64,000 bases of DNA from Candidatus Omnitrophota bacterium (GCA_013202205.1 JABMSB010000028.1:19370-83369); one strand, 5' to 3'; shown: positions 10,326 through 20,190, counted from the first letter of the stretch. Program-made: numbers and translations. Notes: generated by a model from the sequence alone, not told the origin.

Positions 10326-11173
10326 CTCTTGAATGCCTCCACTACGTTGCGCATTAACATCGTTACGGTAAGAGGGCCTACGCCGCCTGGTACCGGTGTA
10401 ATCTGCGCGGCACGCTTGGAGGCCTCCTCAAATTCGACATCGCCTACCAGCTTACCTTCTACCCTATTTATTCCAACATCTACTACTATCGCACCTTCCT
10501 TCACCCATTCACCTTTTATAAGACCGGCCTTACCGACTGCCACAATGAGGAGTTCCGCCCGCTTAACATAATCCGGAACAAGGCCTCTCTCGCCCGTTCC
10601 TATATGACAGACCGATACGGTCGCAAATTCCTTAAGTAACATCATGCTAAGTGGCTTGCCTACTATTTCCGAATGGCCCACGATTACGGCCTCAACGCCA
10701 CGCAGCTTAATACCGCTCGATTTGATCAATTCCATACACGCCACCGGGGTACAGGGAGCCGGACCCGGCTCACCCAAAAGAACCCTACCTAAGTTGGCCG
10801 GATGCATGCCTTCGGCATCCTTTGCCGGATCGAGCGCTGACATAATAACGCGGTGATCTACGCCCTGCGGCAAGGGCAATTGTATTATAATTCCGGTAAC
10901 AGCTTCATCTTTATTTAACTTGTCAATCTCTGCTAAAACCCCATCCTGGGATGTGGATCCGTCGAGGGTCTTAAGCTCATATTCTATCCCGAGCGCTTCA
11001 GCTGTCTTTATCTGTGATTTAAGATAGACGGCTGATGCAGGATTCTCCCCTACCTGAAGCGCCACCAGGCGTGGGGCCCGGCCTTTTTTTGCCTTGAGCG
11101 CTTCAATTTCCTTCTTTAAGCTCTCCTTAAGCGGTGTAGCAATGTTTTTTCCCTGCAATAACGTTGCGGACAT
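10322..11173 (-). CDS. folD: bifunctional methylenetetrahydrofolate dehydrogenase/methenyltetrahydrofolate cyclohydrolase
   Basis: 283 aa. Typical FolD N-terminus and Rossmann segment VVGRS-like (AVIVGHSEIVGKPL). Confidence 0.9.
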   Translation of the reverse strand: MSATLLQGKNIATPLKESLKKEIEALKAKKGRAPRLVALQVGENPASAVYLKSQIKTAEALGIEYELKTLDGSTSQDGVLAEIDKLNKDEAVTGIIIQLPLPQGVDHRVIMSALDPAKDAEGMHPANLGRVLLGEPGPAPCTPVACMELIKSSGIKLRGVEAVIVGHSEIVGKPLSMMLLKEFATVSVCHIGTGERGLVPDYVKRAELLIVAVGKAGLIKGEWVKEGAIVVDVGINRVEGKLVGDVEFEEASKRAAQITPVPGGVGPLTVTMLMRNVVEAFKR

Positions 11174-11796
11174 TATTTCCCCTCTCCCCGTAGTATCGAA
11201 TTAACACCTTCAACTACTTTTTCTTTTAGCATTAATGTCTCTTTATTCATAGGATCGAGTACTTTCCGAGTCTTCGCGATAAACTCCTCATCCTTTATCC
11301 ATTTCAGGTTAACCTCGACATTCATCAGCGCAGAATCGAACGCCGCCTTCAGTATATGCGCCGGCACACCGACATCGGTTATGAGGTTCTTATTGCCTTT
11401 TTCAAGCGCTATAGGCAGCAGTTTCATTGCCCTATGGGCACAGCGGCATATCTCAAGCGGCACGGACGCGGCGACTTTCAGCGCTTCTTCAACCGCCTCC
11501 TTGCGCCCCTTGGTATCCTTCGGCATCTTATAAGCCTTATCGAACCTGCCATACGCCTCGATATCTTCCTGGACTAACTTTTCCAGCTGCGCGCGCAGCC
11601 CCTCAGATTTCTTAAGGAGATCTTGCATCTCGTCTTCAGCAACCTTATATTTTTCTTTGCCGACAGTGAAGTTCGCCACCATTGAAATCAGCGCACACCC
11701 TACTGCGCCCGCCAGCGCCGCCGCACTCCCTCCTCCCGGTGCAGGCTTCTTCCCCGCAAGATCGTCAAGGTATCCATGTATCGAATCCCTGCTCAT
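11173..11796 (-). CDS. fchA: methenyltetrahydrofolate cyclohydrolase (formiminotransferase-cyclodeaminase C-terminal-domain family)
   Basis: 207 aa with glycine-rich PAPGGGSAAALAGAVGCALISMV signature of the FTCD_C/FchA family. Confidence 0.75.
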   Translation of the reverse strand: MSRDSIHGYLDDLAGKKPAPGGGSAAALAGAVGCALISMVANFTVGKEKYKVAEDEMQDLLKKSEGLRAQLEKLVQEDIEAYGRFDKAYKMPKDTKGRKEAVEEALKVAASVPLEICRCAHRAMKLLPIALEKGNKNLITDVGVPAHILKAAFDSALMNVEVNLKWIKDEEFIAKTRKVLDPMNKETLMLKEKVVEGVNSILRGEGK

Positions 11797-11812
11797 ACAT
11801 TTTCCCTTCTCT

Positions 11813-12292
11813 TTAATCTATCGTTTCTGGGTAAAATTGGCCTTCTGGCCAGCTTTTTCCTTCCTGCCAGATTATGTCAGTTGGAAGAGGTCCCTGCGGA
11901 GAACTGTCATCATAAGTTCCCCTTAAGAAAAAGACGTACCAATTCTTTTCGCCATCTGGCGGGAGGCTTCCGTCGGCTTTCTTTCGCAGGGCCACCATAG
12001 CTAATGCACCGGGATACCCGATAGAATTCCAAACACCATAGGCAAAATCAGCACTATTATCTGTCTTCTCAGGTACAACGATATCGAGATAGTCAGCCCT
12101 AAGTGGATAAGTATTATCGTGAGCATGATAATATATTATAGATGCCCTCCTGATAGCACCTAACATGCTATATGCTTCTGCAGCCCGTGCTCTTTCCACC
12201 ACCTTCTGATACTGCGGCAAAGCCACTGTAGCCAGGATACCTACGATGATTACTACTATCAGCAACTCAATCAATGTAAAAGCTCGCTTCAT
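11813..12292 (-). CDS. prepilin-type (N-terminal cleavage/methylation domain) pilin-like protein, paralog 1
   Basis: True start MKRAFTLIELLIVVIIVGILATVALPQYQKVV is a class III signal peptide plus hydrophobic alpha1 helix with Glu5. The track ORF is 9 codons longer only because the in-frame leader contains the RBS. The divergent C-terminal domain is rich in Tyr and Trp. Confidence 0.7.
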   Translation of the reverse strand: MKRAFTLIELLIVVIIVGILATVALPQYQKVVERARAAEAYSMLGAIRRASIIYYHAHDNTYPLRADYLDIVVPEKTDNSADFAYGVWNSIGYPGALAMVALRKKADGSLPPDGEKNWYVFFLRGTYDDSSPQGPLPTDIIWQEGKSWPEGQFYPETID

Positions 12293-12332
12293 GCTAACCT
12301 CCTTGTGGGGTGGCACCAAGTGGACCGTCCCC
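12293..12332 (-). promoter_or_regulatory. conserved 40-nt 5' leader containing the RBS (GGGGACGGTCCACTTGGTGCCACCCCACAAGGAGGTTAGC-ATG), shared with paralog 2
   Basis: Essentially identical to the 39-nt leader at 12864..12902 (one indel, one substitution). AAGGAGG lies 6 nt before the ATG. Further upstream is the direct repeat GTTTTAGGGGACG x2. Confidence 0.5.
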
Positions 12333-12380
12333 TAAAACGTCGTCCCCTAAAAACCTACCATCATTAGATCATTAAATCAA

Positions 12381-12863
12381 CTATTCAAATGTCCAGTTTT
12401 CGAGGTAATTATAATTTCCTGTCAAGCAGTATCCGCTCTTTCCTTCCTCGCTCATCGCAACATGCGGCAACTTGGGGCTATCCGTTACGTGGATTGCTAC
12501 ATAGAAAGCTAAATTATCCTCACTTATTGTACCCAGATGTTCCTGTACTTGCCTGGTGGCTACCGAATCGGTCGGATCGGCGGTGATAAAAAAACCGTGT
12601 TTATCGCGAGGTATATCTATGAGCAACCAACTAGCCATTGTATCATCGACCCAGACCCATGCGCCTGTGCTGGTGCATGGTGACCTGTCATGTTCGGTTC
12701 TATATAATATCACAGCCGTTCTAAGAGCGGCTAAGTTTGAGTGTAAATCCGCCGTTTTTGCGCGCGTTACCACCTTCTGATACTGCGGTAGCGCCACTGT
12801 AGCTAATATACCTACGATGATGACCACAATCAACAACTCTATCAACGTAAATGCTCGTCTCAT
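12381..12863 (-). CDS. prepilin-type pilin-like protein, paralog 2
   Basis: True start MRRAFTLIELLIVVIIVGILATVALPQYQKVV. The first 32 aa are near-identical to paralog 1 but the C-terminal domain is unrelated and carries two Cys. Starts 39 nt after the fhs stop, so it is probably co-transcribed with fhs. Confidence 0.7.
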   Translation of the reverse strand: MRRAFTLIELLIVVIIVGILATVALPQYQKVVTRAKTADLHSNLAALRTAVILYRTEHDRSPCTSTGAWVWVDDTMASWLLIDIPRDKHGFFITADPTDSVATRQVQEHLGTISEDNLAFYVAIHVTDSPKLPHVAMSEEGKSGYCLTGNYNYLENWTFE

Positions 12864-12902
12864 GTTAACCTCCTTGTGGGGTGGCACCAAGTGACCGTCC
12901 TT
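12864..12902 (-). promoter_or_regulatory. conserved leader/RBS element filling the entire fhs-pilin intergenic gap (AAGGACGGTCACTTGGTGCCACCCCACAAGGAGGTTAAC-ATG)
   Basis: Same element as 12293..12332. It begins right at the fhs TAA stop, leaving no room for a separate promoter. Confidence 0.5.
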
Positions 12903-14606
12903 TTAAAACAACCCTACAACATTACCATCTTCATCTATATCGACCTTCTCACCGGCTGGGTGAGTTGGTAAGCCCGGCATGGTGCGCATCTGGCCGCAGA
13001 GCGGGTATAAGAAACCTGCACCCACAGATGCACGGATATCCCTTACGGGTAATGTAAAGCCTGTTGGCGCCCCTTTTAATTTTGGATCGTGCGAAAGCGA
13101 TAGATGTGTCTTTGCCATACATAAAGGTAATTTGTCATATCCGAACTTTGTGTAGAGCTCAATCTTCTTCTCGGCTTCCGGTTCATAGTGGACATCCTTG
13201 GCGCCATATATCTTTGTTGCGATCGTCTCGATCTTCTTTTTGATAGGCCACTCGGAAGGATAGAGAAGCTTGAAGTCTGATTTCTTATCTGCTGCCTTCA
13301 CAACCGCCTTTGCCAGGTCTGTTCCGCCTTTTGAGCCTTCGGCCCAGACATTGCTTAAGACCGCGTCCTCAGCACCTGCTTTAATAGCAATCTTTTTGAT
13401 CAGCTCTATTTCGTTTTTGGTGTCGGAGGTGAACTTATTGACGGCTACTACAACCGGCACACCGAAGAGCTTCATATTCTCTATGTGTTTCTTTAGATTG
13501 GATGAACCCTCTTCCAGGGCTTCCAGGTTTTCCTTAAGGAGTGCCGGGTCGAGAGGTTTTCCTGCTACGACTGTAAACTTGCCGGAGTGCATCTTGAGTG
13601 CCCTTATGGTAGCTACCATAACGACACAGTCGGGCTTGAGGCCGCTCATGCGGCATTTTATGTTGAAGAACTTCTCGGCACCGCAGTCCGCACCGAAACC
13701 TGATTCGGTTACGACATATTCAGAAAGCTTAAGCGCTATCCTATCTGCCAGGATAGAACTATTGCCATGAGCAATATTGGCAAAAGGTCCCGCATGGACA
13801 ATACATGGTGTATTGTCAATCGTCTGCAAAAGGTTCGGCATTATCGCGTCTTTAAGAAGAACCGTCATCGCACCTGCCACCTTGATATCCTCAGCAGTAA
13901 CGGGCTTGCCATCTTTGGTAGTAGCCAGTATCATACGCCCGATTCGCTTGCGCAGGTCCTTCAGGCTGCTCGTCAACGCCAATATGGCCATCACCTCGCT
14001 TGCTACAGTTATATCAAAACCTGTGCTCCTTTCAAAACCATCGCTTGGTCCACCTAAACCTACTTTAATATTTCTCAAAAACCTATCTGAGACGTCTACG
14101 ACACGACGCCACATCACAGAATCAGGATCTATATTTAGGGGATTGCCTTTAAGGATAGAGTTATCTAAGAATGCCGCACAAAGGTTATGTGCCAGGCCGA
14201 CAGCGTGGACATCGCCTGTTAAGTGAAGATTGAAGTCCTCCATGGGAACTACCTGGGAATAGCCACCTCCGGCAGCGCCACCTTTTATGCCGAACACAGG
14301 ACCAAGCGAAGGCTGACGGATACATACTGTCGTCTTCTTGCCGATCCTGTTTAGCCCCATAGAAAGGCCGATGGTCGTTACGGTCTTGCCCTCACCGAGC
14401 GGTGTCGGGGTTATAGCGGTTACGTCTATATATTTGCCATCTCTTTTATTCTTCGTCCTATCTAAAACAGATAATGATATCTTGGCCTTATGGTTTCCGT
14501 AAAGAGAGATTTCTTTCTCTTTTAGCCCTAACGAGTTGGCCACTTTGATTATAGGTTTCAGCTTAGCTTTTCGCGCAATCTCTATGTCGCTTGGCACCTT
14601 CTTCAT
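12903..14606 (-). CDS. fhs: formate--tetrahydrofolate ligase
   Basis: 567 aa with characteristic FTHFS sequence throughout ([16 protein letters not shown]-like P-loop region). Confidence 0.9.
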   Translation of the reverse strand: MKKVPSDIEIARKAKLKPIIKVANSLGLKEKEISLYGNHKAKISLSVLDRTKNKRDGKYIDVTAITPTPLGEGKTVTTIGLSMGLNRIGKKTTVCIRQPSLGPVFGIKGGAAGGGYSQVVPMEDFNLHLTGDVHAVGLAHNLCAAFLDNSILKGNPLNIDPDSVMWRRVVDVSDRFLRNIKVGLGGPSDGFERSTGFDITVASEVMAILALTSSLKDLRKRIGRMILATTKDGKPVTAEDIKVAGAMTVLLKDAIMPNLLQTIDNTPCIVHAGPFANIAHGNSSILADRIALKLSEYVVTESGFGADCGAEKFFNIKCRMSGLKPDCVVMVATIRALKMHSGKFTVVAGKPLDPALLKENLEALEEGSSNLKKHIENMKLFGVPVVVAVNKFTSDTKNEIELIKKIAIKAGAEDAVLSNVWAEGSKGGTDLAKAVVKAADKKSDFKLLYPSEWPIKKKIETIATKIYGAKDVHYEPEAEKKIELYTKFGYDKLPLCMAKTHLSLSHDPKLKGAPTGFTLPVRDIRASVGAGFLYPLCGQMRTMPGLPTHPAGEKVDIDEDGNVVGLF

Positions 14607-15277
14607 CCGCTCCCCCCTTCAAGCTCTTTCACCCTGAAAGACTTTCTATGAATCATGGACGGGCCATGTTTCCTGATCGCCCTGACATGCGCTTTTGTGC
14701 CATAACCTTTATGTCTCTTGAACCTGTATTGCGGGAATACTTTATCATATACCAGCATGATCCGATCACGAACTACCTTAGCTACTATGGAAGCAGCTGC
14801 GATCGACAAGGATGCGGAATCGCCTCTTATGATATTTCTTCTTTTGGCAGGTGTGGTGAGCTTAACGCGGCCGTCTATAAGGACATAATCCGGTTTCTGG
14901 CCGAGATCTTCAAGAGCCAATTCCATTGCGTGTATAGTGGCCTTCCGTATGTTGACTTCGTCTATGACGCCTTCGCTTACCACGCCCACTCCTATGTGAG
15001 CATTCCTGATTATCTCTCCGAACGCCCTCTCCCTGGCGCCGGCTGAAAGTTTCTTAGAATCGTCGATCCTATTTTTGAAATCAAAGGTCTTGAGAATTAC
15101 GGCACCTGCAACTACAGGCCCTGCGAGCGGTCCCCGGCCGGCTTCGTCAACCCCTGCTATCAGCTTTAGGCCGCGCTTAGCTGCTGCATTCTCATAGCGC
15201 AGAAGCCTCTTATGGTTGATTGCCTTACTCGGCCTTCTCACCTTCTTGAGATTCTTTCGTCTCTTTTGCTGCGCCAT
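14603..15277 (-). CDS. rnhB: ribonuclease HII
   Basis: Conserved [24 protein letters not shown] motif. Start is uncertain: the track start overlaps the rplS 3' end by 53 nt and the true start may be a downstream non-ATG codon. Confidence 0.75.
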   Translation of the reverse strand: MAQQKRRKNLKKVRRPSKAINHKRLLRYENAAAKRGLKLIAGVDEAGRGPLAGPVVAGAVILKTFDFKNRIDDSKKLSAGARERAFGEIIRNAHIGVGVVSEGVIDEVNIRKATIHAMELALEDLGQKPDYVLIDGRVKLTTPAKRRNIIRGDSASLSIAAASIVAKVVRDRIMLVYDKVFPQYRFKRHKGYGTKAHVRAIRKHGPSMIHRKSFRVKELEGGSG

Positions 15278-15644
15278 CTTCTCCCTTAACCCTTGTGTCG
15301 GTTATTATTCTTTCCTCGACCCTCGTCTTCTTGCCGACCTTGCCGCGCAGATAATATAGCTTAGCTCGCTTCACATGGCCTTTTCTAACCACCTCTATCT
15401 TGGCCACGGAAGGGGCGTGAAGGGGAAACTTCTTCTCCACTCCTTCACCATAGGAGATGCGCCTGACAGTGAAAGCTTCATTGACCCCGCTGCCCTTCTT
15501 GCCTATCACGATACCTTCAAAAATCTGTATACGGGTCTTCCCCTCTTCGGATATCTTGATGTGCACCTTTACTGTATCGCCAACATCGAACTTGGATACA
15601 TCCTTCTTTAAAAACTTTTTTCCGTATTCATTGATTATGTTCAT
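15225..15644 (-). CDS. rplS: 50S ribosomal protein L19 with a Lys/Glu-rich C-terminal tail
   Basis: MNIINEYGKKFLKKD...FEGIVIGKKGSGVNEAFTVRRISYGEGVEKKFPLHAPSV is the L19 core. Carries a roughly 35-aa charged C-terminal extension. Confidence 0.9.
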   Translation of the reverse strand: MNIINEYGKKFLKKDVSKFDVGDTVKVHIKISEEGKTRIQIFEGIVIGKKGSGVNEAFTVRRISYGEGVEKKFPLHAPSVAKIEVVRKGHVKRAKLYYLRGKVGKKTRVEERIITDTRVKGEDGAAKETKESQEGEKAE

Positions 15645-15677
15645 AGTCTTCTCCTTGATTTAGCACACTTAAGTGCG

Positions 15678-16376
15678 CTACTTTATTAAGTCCGGTCTCC
15701 TTCTGCGCGTGCGAAGAAGTGCTTGCGTCTTACGCCATCCTGCCACATTCTTATGGTCACCGCTCAAAAGCACTGCGGGCACCTTCATCTTGCGAAAAAC
15801 CGCAGGACGTGTATATTGCGGATACTCCAGTAATCCGTCTTCGAAAGACTCCTCTAATGAAGAACTCTCATTCCCCAGGACACCCGGGATCAATCTAACT
15901 ACTGAATCTATCAAAACCATCGCGGGTAGCTCCCCGCATGTAAGAATATAGTCCCCTATAGATATCTCATCCATCACAAGGTGCTTGCGCACGCGTTCAT
16001 CAATACCCTCATAATGGCCGCAGATAAGTACCAGGTGTTTTGTGCGGGAAACCTTCTTTGCGATGCGCTGGTCAAACCTCTTACCCTGAGGGGTAAGAAA
16101 GACTGTACGAATGCCTCTTTTTCTTAGCTTCTTCTTATCTATATCACTTCCCAGTATAGACTCCATCGCCTCGAATATCGGCTCCGGTTTCATGACCATA
16201 CCGGAGCCTCCTCCGAACGGCTTATCATCAGCGCTCTTGTGCCGGTCGTGTGTAAACCCCCTGATATCATGTATGCAGATCTCAACGCGCCTGAGCGTCT
16301 GAGCGCGTTTCATCATCGATTCGCCCAGGACCGCATCGAACATGCGGGGGAAGAGGGTCAGTATATCTATCTTCAT
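15678..16376 (-). CDS. trmD: tRNA (guanine37-N1)-methyltransferase
   Basis: 232 aa. MKIDILTLFPRMFD... is the typical TrmD SPOUT fold start. Confidence 0.9.
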   Translation of the reverse strand: MKIDILTLFPRMFDAVLGESMMKRAQTLRRVEICIHDIRGFTHDRHKSADDKPFGGGSGMVMKPEPIFEAMESILGSDIDKKKLRKRGIRTVFLTPQGKRFDQRIAKKVSRTKHLVLICGHYEGIDERVRKHLVMDEISIGDYILTCGELPAMVLIDSVVRLIPGVLGNESSSLEESFEDGLLEYPQYTRPAVFRKMKVPAVLLSGDHKNVAGWRKTQALLRTRRRRPDLIK

Positions 16377-16387
16377 AAAAATATATC

Positions 16388-16630
16388 CTAAATGGCCTTC
16401 GATGTTTTAAGGAGGCTTTTAACCGTTGGTGAGGGCGTAGCACCCACGCCTATCCAGTAATCGACCCTCTTCTTGTCGACCTTGATGTATGGCGGATCCT
16501 GGCGCGGATCATACGAACCTATCTCCTCGACATTGCGGCCATCACGTGGATTCCGTGAATCGGTAACTACGATCCTAAATGCTGCCTTCTTATTGCTTCC
16601 AATACGCTTAAGCCTGATAACTACTGCCAT
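16388..16630 (-). CDS. rpsP: 30S ribosomal protein S16
   Basis: MAVVIRLKRIGSNKKAAFRIVVTDSRNPRDGR... Confidence 0.9.
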   Translation of the reverse strand: MAVVIRLKRIGSNKKAAFRIVVTDSRNPRDGRNVEEIGSYDPRQDPPYIKVDKKRVDYWIGVGATPSPTVKSLLKTSKAI

Positions 16631-17939
16631 ATACTCTCTCCTTTTCTCTATATTCAGTTGTGTCTATGGTTGTTCGTCTGCTTTTCTCTCTCCATACCTT
16701 GGCACCCAAACCTGCCAATTTATCTTCCAGCCTTTCGTACCCTCTATCTAAGTGGTAAACGCGGTTTACTTCCGTCCTGCCCTGCGCTACCAAACCTGCC
16801 AAAATGAGCGCAGCCGATGCGCGCAGGTCCGATGCCATGACAGGGGCGCCGCTTAAATCCTTGCTCCCTTTTATAATAGCAGTGGCACCCTCCAGTATGA
16901 TATCCGCGCCCATCCGGTTTAATTCACTGATATGTATGAACCTTTCAGGGTAGACCTTCTCTGTAATGACACTGATCCCGCCAACGGTACACATGAGTGC
17001 CATCATCTGCGCCTGCATATCCGTCGGAAAACCCGGATAAGGAAGGGTCGTCACATCCACCGAGCTCAATTTTCTATCCACCTTGACGCGAAGCCCATCC
17101 TTCTCTTGCTTTATCGAAACGCCTACCTCCGACAACTTATCTATGATAGCCGTTATCTGTTCGGGTATAACATTTTTTAATAAGATGTCACCCCTTGTGA
17201 TAGCGGCTGCCACAATATAAGTCCCCGCCTCTATCCTGTCGGGTATCAGATTATGTTCTGCGCCTTTTAAGCTCTCGACACCTTCTATCTCGATGCGGTG
17301 CGTATTATATCCTGTGATCGCGGCACCCATTGCATTTAAGAACTTTGCGAGATCTACCAATTCAGGTTCACAGGCAGCATTCTCTATGATCGTCTTGCCC
17401 TTAGCCAGGGTAGCGGCCATCATTATATTCGCGGTAGCCAATACGCTCGATCCAAAATGGCCGCCGAGATATACCGTGCAACCCTTCAAACCCTTCGTCT
17501 CTGCTATTAAATAACCGCCTTCTATCTTAATCTCGGCTCCAAGAGCGCGAAGCCCTTTAAGGTGCAGGTCTATGGGGCGAGGACCAATAACACATCCACC
17601 CGGAAAGGAGACGCGCGCGCGCCCAAACCTTGCCAGGAGCGGCCCCAACACACAGACAGACGCACGCATAGCGCTAACGAGCTCATACGGCGCCGTGCGG
17701 CCCTGATAGTCGCCCGGAAGAATGCTCAGCGTATCATCACGCTGATCTACCCTCACGCCCAGATTACGCAAGATCTTAGACATTGTTGATATATCGGCGA
17801 GGCGAGGGACACCTTTTATTACAGAGCGCTCAGACGTCAACAAAGACGCCGCCAGTATGGGCAAACAGGAATTCTTTGAACCGCTTATCTCAACGGTCCC
17901 GGTAAGCCTCCTGCCCCCTTCTATGACTAGTTTATCCAT
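16608..17939 (-). CDS. murA: UDP-N-acetylglucosamine 1-carboxyvinyltransferase
   Basis: MDKLVIEGGRRLTGTVEISGSKNSCLPILAASLL... is a classic MurA N-terminus. Confidence 0.9.
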   Translation of the reverse strand: MDKLVIEGGRRLTGTVEISGSKNSCLPILAASLLTSERSVIKGVPRLADISTMSKILRNLGVRVDQRDDTLSILPGDYQGRTAPYELVSAMRASVCVLGPLLARFGRARVSFPGGCVIGPRPIDLHLKGLRALGAEIKIEGGYLIAETKGLKGCTVYLGGHFGSSVLATANIMMAATLAKGKTIIENAACEPELVDLAKFLNAMGAAITGYNTHRIEIEGVESLKGAEHNLIPDRIEAGTYIVAAAITRGDILLKNVIPEQITAIIDKLSEVGVSIKQEKDGLRVKVDRKLSSVDVTTLPYPGFPTDMQAQMMALMCTVGGISVITEKVYPERFIHISELNRMGADIILEGATAIIKGSKDLSGAPVMASDLRASAALILAGLVAQGRTEVNRVYHLDRGYERLEDKLAGLGAKVWREKSRRTTIDTTEYREKERVYGSSYQA

Positions 17940-17944
17940 AAACC

Positions 17945-18799
17945 TTAACGTAGGTTAGCTACAATTATTCTTTCAATACCCGCATAATCCTGTCTTACCT
18001 TCACTATCTCAAAGGAACTCTCGGCCCGCAACAGATCTTCAATATCCTCTGCCTGGTCGAACCCAACCTCCATGACCAAAAATCCACCCTTCTTTAAAAA
18101 GGCGGGCGACTCTTCTATTATGCAGCGATAAAAGAAAAGCCCGTCATCTCCGCCATCAAACGCCGCCTTTGGTTCATGCCCTAACTCCACAGGTAGCGAA
18201 GACGCGACATCCTCAGATCTTACGTAGGGAGGATTAGAAAGAATTATATCGAAAAGGCCTTCTCCCTCCAACCCCTTAAAAAGGTCGCTCTGTATGGCCT
18301 TAAGGCGCTTGTCACATCCGTGCCTTTTGGCATTTGCCTGAGTTGTAGATATAGCCGTTTTGGATATATCTGAGCTAATTATTATACTATTAGATCTTAA
18401 TTTTGTCAAACTGATGCCTATGTTGCCGCAGCCTGAGCATAAATCCAATATTTTAGGGCAAAAATCCCCGTCTCCTGCAAAATTGAGCTTCAGGAGATCT
18501 ATCGCCTCCTCCACAAGGAGTTCGGTCTCGGGCCTTGGAATAAAGACCCCGGGCCTCACGATAAATTCAAACCCCATGAAACTTATGTTACCCAAAAGAT
18601 ATTGCAGCGGAATGCCTTTCTTTCTGTCTGAGAGGAGGTTACGAAAATTATCATATTGATCCTCACTCAGGATTCTTTCCTCACAATAGAGTTCCGCGCG
18701 ATCGCAGTTAAGGATGTGGGAGAGCACCCATTCAACCTCATTCGTATTTTCAAGGTAACTGTTGGAATTCCGTAATATATCCGCTGCCTGGTAAATCAT
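17945..18799 (-). CDS. prmC: release factor glutamine-N5 methyltransferase
   Basis: NPPY catalytic motif (ILSNPPYVRSEDV). Immediately downstream of prfA. Confidence 0.8.
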   Translation of the reverse strand: MIYQAADILRNSNSYLENTNEVEWVLSHILNCDRAELYCEERILSEDQYDNFRNLLSDRKKGIPLQYLLGNISFMGFEFIVRPGVFIPRPETELLVEEAIDLLKLNFAGDGDFCPKILDLCSGCGNIGISLTKLRSNSIIISSDISKTAISTTQANAKRHGCDKRLKAIQSDLFKGLEGEGLFDIILSNPPYVRSEDVASSLPVELGHEPKAAFDGGDDGLFFYRCIIEESPAFLKKGGFLVMEVGFDQAEDIEDLLRAESSFEIVKVRQDYAGIERIIVANLR

Positions 18800-18822
18800 C
18801 GATAGCCTCTTTTAATAATAGA

Positions 18823-19920
18823 TTATTCCGATTCCAATATCTTCTTAAGCTTGACTTCCCTCTCTGCCTTCTTGAGCGCATCCACCAGCTCGTCCATATC
18901 TCCCTCCAGGAGATCCTCAAGGCTGTGAAGGGTAAAATTTATCCTGTGGTCGGTCACGCGATTCTGCGGAAAATTGTATGTCCTGATCTTCTCGCTCCTG
19001 TCGCCGCTTCCCACCTGCACCTTCCGCTCCTCAGACATCTTTGTGTGATGGTCATCCTGAATCTTATCGGCGAGCCGCGCACGGAGTACCCGCATCCCCT
19101 TCGATTTGTTCTTGTGCTGGGAGCGCTCATCCTGGCAGCTGACGACGAGTCCCGTCGGAATATGCGTAATCCTTACGGCTGAATCGGTAACATTTACGTG
19201 CTGGCCCCCGCGTCCGCCTGCGCGAAAGACGTCTATCTTTAAATCCTTAGGTTCTATCACCACCTCGAGCTCCTCCGGTTCCGGCATTACGGCTACCGTC
19301 GCAGCCGATGTATGTATCCTGCCGGAGGTCTCGGTTTCAGGCACGCGCTGCACGCGGTGCGTACCGCTTTCGAATCGTATGGCTCCATAAGCGCCACGGC
19401 CTGCCACGGAAAATACAACCTCCTTAAATCCTCCCTTGTCGCCGGGTGAACTGCTAAGGGTCTCTATACGCCATGCCTTACGGGAGGCGTATTTCGAATA
19501 CATCCGGAAGAGATCGCCGGCAAATAGCGCTGCCTCAAGGCCTCCTGTACCGCCTCTTATTTCGATGATAATATTGCGGTCAACACCTTCCGACTCGCTG
19601 AATATCGCCTCCTCCATCTTCTGCTGGAGCTCATCCTGGCGGCTGAGAAGCCCTTTTAGTTCATCTTGAGCCAGCTGGGTCAAGTCCTCGCTCTCACCTT
19701 CCTCTATCAGATGTTTAACCTTGGTGATCTCCTCTGCAGCCTCTTCATGCGCTTTATAGGACTGCACCAAGGGTGTGAGCGCAGCCATCTCTTTGGTCAG
19801 ATCCCTATATTGGTTGGAGTTGGCTATGACCTTCGGGTCTGATACAAGCTCCTGAAGCTCTAAAAAACGGACAACCTTCTTCTTCGCCTTCGCCAGAAGT
19901 TTCTCTTTGATCGATTTCAT
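18823..19920 (-). CDS. prfA: peptide chain release factor 1
   Basis: GGQ motif region [26 protein letters not shown]. Confidence 0.9.
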   Translation of the reverse strand: MKSIKEKLLAKAKKKVVRFLELQELVSDPKVIANSNQYRDLTKEMAALTPLVQSYKAHEEAAEEITKVKHLIEEGESEDLTQLAQDELKGLLSRQDELQQKMEEAIFSESEGVDRNIIIEIRGGTGGLEAALFAGDLFRMYSKYASRKAWRIETLSSSPGDKGGFKEVVFSVAGRGAYGAIRFESGTHRVQRVPETETSGRIHTSAATVAVMPEPEELEVVIEPKDLKIDVFRAGGRGGQHVNVTDSAVRITHIPTGLVVSCQDERSQHKNKSKGMRVLRARLADKIQDDHHTKMSEERKVQVGSGDRSEKIRTYNFPQNRVTDHRINFTLHSLEDLLEGDMDELVDALKKAEREVKLKKILESE

Positions 19921-19923
19921 CTC

Positions 19924-20190
19924 TTACTCCGACGCAGTCTCGGCGTCTCCTTTTTGCCCGGGCGCGCTTTTCGGATCCGCTTTCTTATCATAACGCCTTC
20001 TGAACTTCTCGACCCTGCCTGCTGAGTCTATCAGCTTCTGTTTGCCGGTAAAGAACGGGTGGCATTTTGAGCAGATTTCAACCCTGATATTCTGTTTTGT
20101 TGACCTGGTGTGTATCACTTCACCACATGCGCAAGTTATCGTCGTCTCCTTGTACTTCGGGTGTATCTTCGGTTTCATCTCTTCCTCCAT
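19924..20190 (-). CDS. rpmE: 50S ribosomal protein L31
   Basis: [28 protein letters not shown]...[10 protein letters not shown] zinc-ribbon L31. The true start is probably the ATG at 20178. Confidence 0.85.
   Translation of the reverse strand: MEEEMKPKIHPKYKETTITCACGEVIHTRSTKQNIRVEICSKCHPFFTGKQKLIDSAGRVEKFRRRYDKKADPKSAPGQKGDAETASE

Noticed and set aside
12293-12319. N-terminal extension MVPPHKEV(S/N) on both pilin ORFs in the track
   Set aside because: The extension is simply the in-frame translation of the conserved leader from a TTG, and it contains the RBS AAGGAGG itself. The true starts are the ATGs giving MKRAFTLIE / MRRAFTLIE.
18823-19920. Possible programmed frameshift in a release-factor gene
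   Set aside because: The gene is prfA (RF1), read in one uninterrupted frame. Programmed +1 frameshifting is a feature of prfB (RF2), which is not in this window.
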